Positions 27,896 to 34,053 of a stretch of 64,000 nt of DNA are shown here, in pieces (within the stretch, counting starts at the first letter, position 1; each line of letters starts with the position of its first letter). The notes under the pieces are model-generated. The model was given only the letters and a program-made list of their open reading frames with translations, ran no database searches and had not been told where the DNA came from. The DNA comes from a virus. Its lineage: Duplodnaviria; Caudoviricetes. The translations under genes were made by a program, and so were the position numbers. The stretch covers positions 2,073 through 66,072 of the IMG/VR virus record IMGVR_UViG_3300012979_000044; one strand, written 5' to 3'.

Positions 27896-28037
27896 CTTTA
27901 GTCCTCCTTTTAGTTATAAATATATTGAAACTATACGTTCCATAACAGCAGATGTTACGGACGCGTATAATTTTCAACGAGTAATAAAAATATCATGCGA
28001 AATGGTATAATGCGTACTGAAAATATAAATCTAGATT

Positions 28038-28080
28038 AAAACTAAAAGACCCATTTTTCAGGGTCTGATAGTTATTTGTC
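28038..28080. repeat. 43-bp exact direct repeat, copy 2
   Basis: Identical to 4729-4771. Confidence 0.9.
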
Positions 28081-28257
28081 CTTCTTCTTTTTGATGCATT
28101 TAATGATAAGTTTTATAGTCAACACGTCCAGCAGTACTAATATAACTAATGGTATAAATATTGATAATGCTCCGCTGATTATCGCTATAATACCCAGTCC
28201 TAATGTTACTGCTATAATAATTAATGCTGTTAATATAATAGTTATCATAAATATCAC
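28072..28257 (-). CDS. Very hydrophobic small membrane protein with Lys-rich tail
   Basis: About two TM helices then KCIKKKKDK; in a cassette. Confidence 0.7.
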   Translation of the reverse strand: MIFMITIILTALIIIAVTLGLGIIAIISGALSIFIPLVILVLLDVLTIKLIIKCIKKKKDK

Positions 28258-28309
28258 CTACCTTTCATAATATATTATGTTTTTAATGCGAAAAAAGAAG
28301 AGCCCCAAT

Positions 28310-28531
28310 TTAGGACTCTCCCTTCCACATAATGCCTTTAACACTAGGTAAATAATCCAATAAATCAATTGCTTGTTCTCTGTTCATCTCTGTTAAAATA
28401 TCATATCGCTTCCATACTACGACATAACTGTGATTCAATACAGTTACACCCATAGATTTAAGTTTTTCTAATACTTTTTCTAATGATTCATGTGTACAAA
28501 CAGTAATGTTTATTTTCTTAGTTTTACCCAT
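28310..28531 (-). CDS. Hypothetical protein
   Basis: Start moved to MGKTKK, downstream of motif 28549. Confidence 0.65.
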   Translation of the reverse strand: MGKTKKINITVCTHESLEKVLEKLKSMGVTVLNHSYVVVWKRYDILTEMNREQAIDLLDYLPSVKGIMWKGES

Positions 28532-28563
28532 TTTTAAACACATCCTTTCGTAATAGGACATGT

Positions 28564-28782
28564 TTAATACGCGTTTAAATACAGAATATACTCGATCTCC
28601 TCTATCAAATTATCAAGCTTTTCGATTGTTATGTTTACGTCATTAGCCGATTTTAATAAATGCGGAATATCACCGTTATTAGCATCGTAACGTAGCACAT
28701 CCACCTCGTCTTTCAGCACAGTCAAAAGACCGTACATTAATCTAGATTTATCTCTAATCTCTTTCAACGCAGTCGGCTTCAA
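28564..28782 (-). CDS. Hypothetical protein
   Basis: TTG start, GAGG RBS; stop overlaps the CGCG motif. Confidence 0.6.
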   Translation of the reverse strand: MKPTALKEIRDKSRLMYGLLTVLKDEVDVLRYDANNGDIPHLLKSANDVNITIEKLDNLIEEIEYILYLNAY

Positions 28783-28915
28783 TTATTTGTACCTCTTCTT
28801 CACTGTTTTGTTCTTTGATCATTTTTAAAGCTTTAATAACCATACCACTCGCAGTTACGAGTAATGCTAGTTTAATAATCTTGTTTTCCAAATATAATCC
28901 CTCCTAGAAAAATAA

Positions 28916-29037
28916 AAGAGAAAGGTTAGGCTATTCCATTCCCCGTATTACTCGACCGAGATTTTGGTCGTACGTCCAGTGTATTACTGGCACCAGATTT
29001 TTCCGCTTTCGCCCTCTTGTGCGCCATGCTTTCTCTT
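28916..29037 (-). ncRNA. Candidate structured small RNA (~122 nt)
   Basis: Between motif 29038 and a T tract; 9-bp end-to-end stem AAGAGAAAG/CTTTCTCTT; internal hairpins CCAGT/ACTGG and CGACC/GGTCG; no RBS-led ORF. Confidence 0.55.
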
Positions 29038-29074
29038 CATAATACAACATGATCATATCGCGAAAAATAAAAGA

Positions 29075-29203
29075 GAAAGACTTAGAAACTTACTACTTTG
29101 CTTCTGTATTTCAATCCGCCATCCTTCTCGGGTTTCTCACCCTTACGCCTCAGAGACACCCTTTCGGGTACACCACATGATAATAAGTTCATATCTTCCT
29201 TTC
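29075..29203 (-). ncRNA. Candidate structured RNA or 36-aa ORF (29082-29192)
   Basis: ACCC-GAAA-GGGT and GGGT-GAGA-AACCC hairpins with an end-to-end stem; also an AGGAAG-led ORF MNLLSCGVPERVSLRRKGEKPEKDGGLKYRSKVVSF. Confidence 0.4.
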
Positions 29204-29231
29204 ATAATACGTCATGTTTTTATCGCGAATA

Positions 29232-29648
29232 TTAATCTCGCGCTTTATCCAATAGCCAAAAGAATCTTCTATATCTGTCGTAGTAAATATCCCGACTACA
29301 TGGTATCCCCATCTTCGTCCGTAGACTATTATATGACAACCCCTCTGTTACACCTTTCAAAATATAAATGGCTAGATCGCAGTCTGTTTCTTTTGCGACT
29401 TTTTCTATCATTTCTATTCTAGATAAAAATAACTGTCTCTTCTCGGCTATATGAGCCGTCGAATCGCTTTTCAGTCCCGTGTACGTACGTGTGCTGCTAT
29501 ATGAACTCGTGCGATAAAATCCGATTTCAGAATATAGTCTTTTCCAATCCGGATATTGTAAACAGAAATGTTTCAATTCGTAATGTCTGTGCTTACTTAT
29601 CCAATATCGATTTTTCTTTGATAGTTCTGGTTTTGTTTGAGCTTGCAT
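29232..29648 (-). CDS. Probable transcriptional regulator (RinA/ArpU-like)
   Basis: YELKHFCLQYPDW...ILKGVTEGLSY...YYDRYRRFFWLL C-terminal HTH-like region; GAGG RBS before MQAQ. Confidence 0.6.
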   Translation of the reverse strand: MQAQTKPELSKKNRYWISKHRHYELKHFCLQYPDWKRLYSEIGFYRTSSYSSTRTYTGLKSDSTAHIAEKRQLFLSRIEMIEKVAKETDCDLAIYILKGVTEGLSYNSLRTKMGIPCSRDIYYDRYRRFFWLLDKARD

Positions 29649-29745
29649 CACCTCGATCCTCCTTGTTAACAAATTTGATTCGTATCTTAGCATCGTACTT
29701 ACGACTAAATATAACGCTCATAATCTCTTCTATTCTCGACTTCAC
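29593..29745 (-). CDS. Small hypothetical protein (start uncertain)
   Basis: KSRIEEIMSVIFSRKYDAKIRIKF; first gene left of the switch; overlaps the next gene by 56 nt. Confidence 0.4.
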   Translation of the reverse strand: MKSRIEEIMSVIFSRKYDAKIRIKFVNKEDRGDASSNKTRTIKEKSILDK

Positions 29746-29795
29746 CGATTTTCGTAACCTCCCTTCCAAATCGGTAGCATAAGTATACCACGGTT

Positions 29796-29863
29796 GTCGC
29801 ATAATGCGACTGTAAGTTACTGGAAAACCCATGATACGCGACTTAAAAGTTGCATAATGAGAC
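29796..29863. promoter_or_regulatory. Two 15-bp palindromic operators in the lysis/lysogeny switch
   Basis: GTCGCATAATGCGAC (29796-29810) and GTTGCATAATGAGAC (29849-29863); the second overlaps candidate TTGCAT-N18-TAATAT upstream of the repressor. Confidence 0.6.
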
Positions 29864-29884
29864 TACGCTTGTGTAATATATTAT

Positions 29885-30301
29885 TTGGGAGGTGAATATA
29901 TGGATAGTACCGAAATGGGAAAGCGAATGAAACAGCGTAGGACCGACATGGAAATATCAGTTATGGATTTGGTTGATGCGACTGGATTATCAAAAGCTAC
30001 ACTACATCGATACGAGAATGGTTCGATAAAACATATAAAGACGCCAGTGTTGCAAGTAATCGCGTTTCGTCTCGGCGTATCGTTAGAATGGCTTATGGGA
30101 GAAACAGACAACATGGATCGAACAGTTTATACTAACCAGGATATACATGAAATTTTGTCCTACGCTCTAGATTTAATTCGCGATAACTATTTCACGAACA
30201 GAGGAGAACCGGTGGATAAAAACACAGCAAAAATCATTGAATTATCATTGGCATATTTGCTGACAATACTAGATACGAAAAGGGGAAATCATCATGAATG
30301 A
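29885..30301 (+). CDS. XRE-family (CI-like) repressor
   Basis: RMKQRR...SVMDLVDATGLSKATLHRYENG...IAFRLGVSLEWLMG. Confidence 0.85.
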   Translation: MGGEYMDSTEMGKRMKQRRTDMEISVMDLVDATGLSKATLHRYENGSIKHIKTPVLQVIAFRLGVSLEWLMGETDNMDRTVYTNQDIHEILSYALDLIRDNYFTNRGEPVDKNTAKIIELSLAYLLTILDTKRGNHHE

Positions 30302-30623
30302 ACATCAAGAGAAAATCGTAAATATAATTGCGGGTATTGAGAGAGAACGAATCAAACAGCACATGGCAAAACCAAAGAAAGAACCTGTAGCCGTATATAC
30401 ACGAGTCGGTAGTAAAGAGCAGCTTGGCAGAACGGAGAATGAGAAAATCCAAAAAGTAATTGACGATGCTACAGAACGACTTTTCAAATATCTCGAACAG
30501 GGTCGCATCGACGAGATGCAGTTCATCGAATATAACAAAAATATGTATAAAATTTGTGAGGACGAGATGAAGAAATGTGCAGCCCGCATAGCCGACAAGT
30601 TTGGAGGAAATATAAATGGTTAG
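30294..30623 (+). CDS. Hypothetical protein with a degenerate serine-recombinase active-site motif
   Basis: VAVYTRVGSKEQ vs integrase AGLYERVSTDEQ. Confidence 0.7.
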   Translation: MNEHQEKIVNIIAGIERERIKQHMAKPKKEPVAVYTRVGSKEQLGRTENEKIQKVIDDATERLFKYLEQGRIDEMQFIEYNKNMYKICEDEMKKCAARIADKFGGNING

Positions 30624-31992
30624 GATTCTCCGAGCGGGCTTGTACGAACGTGTAAGCACTGATGAACAGAAATTAAAAGGATATTCAATAGCTGCTCAAA
30701 AAGATAACCTTGAAGAATATTGTCAGAAAAATCGTATGAAAATCGTAGATCACTATACGGACGAGGGAATATCCGGAAGTAAACCGCCTTTGAAAAGACC
30801 GGATCTCAAACGACTACTTGACGATGTTGAAGTCGGACGAATAGATATAATTCTTTTCACAAAACTCGATAGATGGTTTCGGTCGGTAAAAGAATATTTT
30901 AAAGTACAAGAAATATTGGACGACAACAAAGTTGAGTGGAAAGCTATTCACGAGAATTACGATACAACTACCGCCAACGGACAAATGGCTATAACTATAT
31001 TTTTAGCTGTGGCTCAGAACGAACGTGATCGAACTGCAGAACGTATAAAAACAGTAATTGACCATAAACTAAAAAATAGAGAAGCTTGTTTCAGTTACAA
31101 ATCGATACCAATGGGATATAAAAAGGAACCAGATGAAAACGGCATACAGCGACTCGTTAAAGATCCAGAAACACAACAAGCAGTACAGGAATTTTGGGAT
31201 ATACTACTCGAATCCAATAACTTGAATAAAGCTATTCGTCATGTTACGCAAAATTATGATATAACGAGAGAATGGCAATCGTGGAGTCGCATGACGCAAA
31301 GTGATTTTTATTGCGGGATTCACAAAGGCGTTCAGGATTTTTGTGAACCGTACGTATCCCCCGAGAAATGGCTTAAATATAATCAATCTAAGCCAATCAA
31401 AGCGACACCTAGCGGACGAATATATTTGTTTCGTGGGTTGATTCGTTGCGAGGGGTGCGGACGTAAACTCTCAGGTTCGGCTCAGACCTACCACGGACGT
31501 AACGCAGAATATAAAGGTAAAGAATATAAAGCGTATCGTTGTAATGCTCGTTGTAAAACTTGTGATAATCCTACGACCGTCGCTGAGTTAAGATTGGAAA
31601 CGCATTTACTTGACAACTTAGAGAAATATTTAGAAACTGAGATTGTGTTAGCCGAAGTCGAAATAAATAAACCAGCACCGAAACCGAAGATAAATATAAA
31701 CAAATTAAAAGAACGAAGAAGACGTCTTGAGATCGTTTATCTCGCTGGTAATAAAACAGACGATGAATATTTCAAAGAAGATGCTGAGTTGAAACTTGCA
31801 ATTGAGAAAGCTGAGAAAGAGAAACCACCTGAACCAAGAGATATAACACCTTTGAAAGAGATGCTTGAAACTGATTTCAGATCTTTGTATGAGAAGTTTG
31901 ATGACGAGGAGAAACAGCAGTTCTGGTTGAGTCTCATTAAAGAGATAATCATCGAAAATAAGAAAATAAAAAGAGTCAAATTCTTTAACTAA
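30616..31992 (+). CDS. int: Large serine recombinase (integrase)
   Basis: YERVSTDEQ, YTDEGISG...RP, KLDRW.R, recombinase domain, CEGCG...C..C..C zinc ribbon, coiled coil. Confidence 0.92.
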   Translation: MVRILRAGLYERVSTDEQKLKGYSIAAQKDNLEEYCQKNRMKIVDHYTDEGISGSKPPLKRPDLKRLLDDVEVGRIDIILFTKLDRWFRSVKEYFKVQEILDDNKVEWKAIHENYDTTTANGQMAITIFLAVAQNERDRTAERIKTVIDHKLKNREACFSYKSIPMGYKKEPDENGIQRLVKDPETQQAVQEFWDILLESNNLNKAIRHVTQNYDITREWQSWSRMTQSDFYCGIHKGVQDFCEPYVSPEKWLKYNQSKPIKATPSGRIYLFRGLIRCEGCGRKLSGSAQTYHGRNAEYKGKEYKAYRCNARCKTCDNPTTVAELRLETHLLDNLEKYLETEIVLAEVEINKPAPKPKININKLKERRRRLEIVYLAGNKTDDEYFKEDAELKLAIEKAEKEKPPEPRDITPLKEMLETDFRSLYEKFDDEEKQQFWLSLIKEIIIENKKIKRVKFFN

Positions 31993-32001
31993 TTAAGATT
32001 A

Positions 32002-32029
32002 GCTTCCCTATTTCAGGGAGGCTTTTCTT
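32002..32029 (+). terminator. Intrinsic terminator after the integrase
   Basis: GCTTCCCT-ATTTC-AGGGAGGC-TTTTCTT. Confidence 0.75.
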
Positions 32030-32081
32030 ATATACAATAAATGAAAAAGGGAAAGCCCGTGTAGGCTACCCTTTTGTTGGA

Positions 32082-32390
32082 TTACTCCACTTCCTCATCT
32101 TCGTCCTCGAAATAAGGATCGTAATCGTATGAGCTTTCTCGTTTCAGGAATTCGTCGCTGTTGAGGTAGTTCACACCGGTTTCAGCATTGTAGATCTCGT
32201 ATTCGTTATCGTAGAAATCATATATACGGGAGTCGCTAGAGTCAAATCGTTTGATCGTACCGTCCTTATATGTAACGACCGCAATTTCATCTCCAGTAAT
32301 CACCTCGATATCGATTGTCCCGATATTCTCGATATCGCCAATGTCGTGTGTGACTTTTCTATCAGCGTAGTCCATCAATGTAATAGTCAT
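32082..32390 (-). CDS. Acidic hypothetical protein
   Basis: AGGAG RBS; cassette with motif 32435 and terminator near 32049-32073. Confidence 0.75.
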   Translation of the reverse strand: MTITLMDYADRKVTHDIGDIENIGTIDIEVITGDEIAVVTYKDGTIKRFDSSDSRIYDFYDNEYEIYNAETGVNYLNSDEFLKRESSYDYDPYFEDEDEEVE

Positions 32391-32474
32391 AATTTTAATC
32401 TCCTTTTATGAAAATAATTTTTTGGAATTTTATCCATAAAAGATAAGAATATCACCGCGAGCAGATTATACTTT

Positions 32475-32530
32475 TCATTATGGTTTAACCTGTCGTCACC
32501 AGTTGGTGTTGTGTAGTTAGTCCATAATGA
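32475..32530. other. Candidate attP site for the serine integrase
   Basis: 56-bp dyad TCATTATGG-N13-CACCA-[GT]-TGGTG-N13-CCATAATGA, exactly symmetric about a central dinucleotide; about 480 bp from int. Confidence 0.65.
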
Positions 32531-32558
32531 GAAACGCAAAAGGAAAGGGCAGAAACCC

Positions 32559-32810
32559 TTAACCTTCGCTATTCGTTAAACTATCGAATATCATCTGTGC
32601 TTCATCGATAGTATAATCTCTAACGTAGTCAGCGTTGTCCGCCTCTCCTTTTACAATGTCCGCATAAGCTTCTGCTCGGTGGAGTTCGCCTTCTGGTGTA
32701 AATGAATTCTATGCTTCCAGTCCGATACCTATAAGTATACCAGCAACCAATAATGCCAGTCCTATAAGCATACCTACTAAAACCTCAATGATTCCTTTTA
32801 CATTTTTCAT
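32559..32810 (-). pseudogene. Membrane protein gene interrupted by an in-frame TAG (32709-32711)
   Basis: MKNVKGIIEVLVGMLIGLALLVAGILIGIGLEA*NSFTPEGELHRAE...SEG*; frame stays open 49 codons past the TAG up to the terminator. Confidence 0.6.
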
Positions 32811-32889
32811 AAAACATTCTCCTTTATAAATATGATGTAAAGCTTTTGCTTTCATAAAGGAGACGGTTCATATCGCGAATGCAAAAATA

Positions 32890-32986
32890 AAATAGCGTGT
32901 GGCATGCGTTCCCTACTCATTGCTGAGTCATAGTCGTCCACATCTTACAGAATAAACGTTCTTATGGTCGCTTTTCTAACTATTTC
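32890..32986 (-). ncRNA. Candidate structured small RNA (~97 nt)
   Basis: Between motif 32986 and a T tract; AAATAG/CTATTT end-to-end stem; ACTCA-GCAA-TGAGT GNRA hairpin; no ORF. Confidence 0.5.
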
Positions 32987-33049
32987 ATAGAAGGACATAA
33001 TATAGTCGCGAGATGAAAAATAAGAGGGTCTGTTGCGACCCCCTCACTT

Positions 33050-33364
33050 TTATGAGAATAATTTTTCGATCATTTTTACTTTGTCCGATGACCATGTCGT
33101 CTGTGATTCTGCGATCTTAATTACAGCAGCGTATATATCGTAAGAACATCCGCTTTTCATAGCTGATATAGCTTTTTGTTTGTCTGAAGACCACATACCT
33201 GAATTCATGATCGCGTCAACGGCTTCGGAAAATCCGCTGTCGTCACACGTATGAAATTCATCAATATGTGTTTGTTCGCAACAACAAGCCACTACACCAG
33301 CCAGTATCACACCTCCTACGACACCGATGCCTTTTAAGACTTTCTCAGTATTGATTTTCATCAT
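33050..33364 (-). CDS. Membrane-anchored protein with duplicated WSSDK motif
   Basis: TM GIGVVGGVILAGVVA; GMWSSDKQKAI / TTWSSDKVKMI. Confidence 0.75.
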   Translation of the reverse strand: MMKINTEKVLKGIGVVGGVILAGVVACCCEQTHIDEFHTCDDSGFSEAVDAIMNSGMWSSDKQKAISAMKSGCSYDIYAAVIKIAESQTTWSSDKVKMIEKLFS

Positions 33365-33465
33365 AGTTTCCTCCTTAAAGTTTTTTTAATCGAGATTCCT
33401 CTCATAAAGGGGCGTGTTATACGTGCGAAAAGAAAAATAGGAGTAGCGAATGCCACTCCGTGTGA

Positions 33466-33711
33466 TTACTTATAGCGTACTGTTCCAACTTGTGTTGGGA
33501 AATCTTTTCCGTTTGTATATATGTATATGAGAAAGTATTCGTCTGAAGTCTCGCAGGGCTCGCACGTGTAATAATCATACTCGTCTTCGTCCCAGTTATG
33601 TTCAGCTAAATACTGTTCGCATAGTTCTTCCTCGGAATACTCAACATTGTTGCATCCCGCCATAGTAATCATAGTGCAAATTACTCCTATTAAAGCCATA
33701 AACTTTTTCAT
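33466..33711 (-). CDS. Small acidic lipoprotein
   Basis: MKKFMALIGVICTMITMAGC lipobox; AGGAG RBS. Confidence 0.7.
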   Translation of the reverse strand: MKKFMALIGVICTMITMAGCNNVEYSEEELCEQYLAEHNWDEDEYDYYTCEPCETSDEYFLIYIYTNGKDFPTQVGTVRYK

Positions 33712-33824
33712 GATAATTTCTCCTTTATAAATATAATGTAAAGCTTTTGCTTTCATAAAGGAGGACGTTCATATCGCGTAGAGCAAAAATAAGAGGCTGT
33801 GTTTCAAACCCCTTATTGTTTTTG

Positions 33825-33998
33825 TCATTTGTAATCGTAGTAACTATGATGTTTTCTTCTTCGGTCATATCTGTCTTTGCTATCCTTTCGTAAGTCTTCT
33901 TCGATTTTAATTACACCGCATAATGTAATGAGTGCCATCGTTTCGAATCCAATTACGAAACCAATACACATTCTGCCGATATTTTTAATTGTGTTCAT
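33825..33998 (-). CDS. 57-aa membrane peptide
   Basis: Hand-translated MNTIKNIGRMCIGFVIGFETMALITLCGVIKIEEDLRK...; AGGAG RBS; in a cassette. Confidence 0.6.
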   Translation of the reverse strand: MNTIKNIGRMCIGFVIGFETMALITLCGVIKIEEDLRKDSKDRYDRRRKHHSYYDYK

Positions 33999-34053
33999 AG
34001 TTATTCAACTCCTTTCATTAAAGGAGCTGTTACGGACGCGAATATACGATATA

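Larger units (their letters stand above)
24426..29227 (-). promoter_or_regulatory. Ten copies of CGCG-N16-TTATG motif (cluster C)
   Basis: Copies at 24426, 25457, 26339, 26808, 27430, 27941, 28266, 28549, 29038, 29203. Confidence 0.8.
32435..34040 (-). promoter_or_regulatory. Six copies of CGCG-N16-TTATG motif (cluster D)
   Basis: Copies at 32435, 32853, 32986, 33403, 33754, 34016. Confidence 0.8.

Noticed and set aside
29108-29117. ATTTCAATCC, the end of a type I-C CRISPR repeat (mini-array or Racr?)
   Set aside because: Single copy, no second repeat or spacer, and the upstream 22 nt lack the I-C hairpin; no cas genes. Kept only as a remark on that cassette.
29835-29865. CGCG at 29837 as a plus-strand copy of the cassette motif
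   Set aside because: No TTATG at 16-bp spacing on either strand; the region is better explained by the operators.
2612-34040. Reading the periodic motif as a CRISPR-like repeat-spacer array
   Set aside because: Intervals vary from about 130 bp to several kb and contain RBS-led genes; only about 10 positions are conserved.
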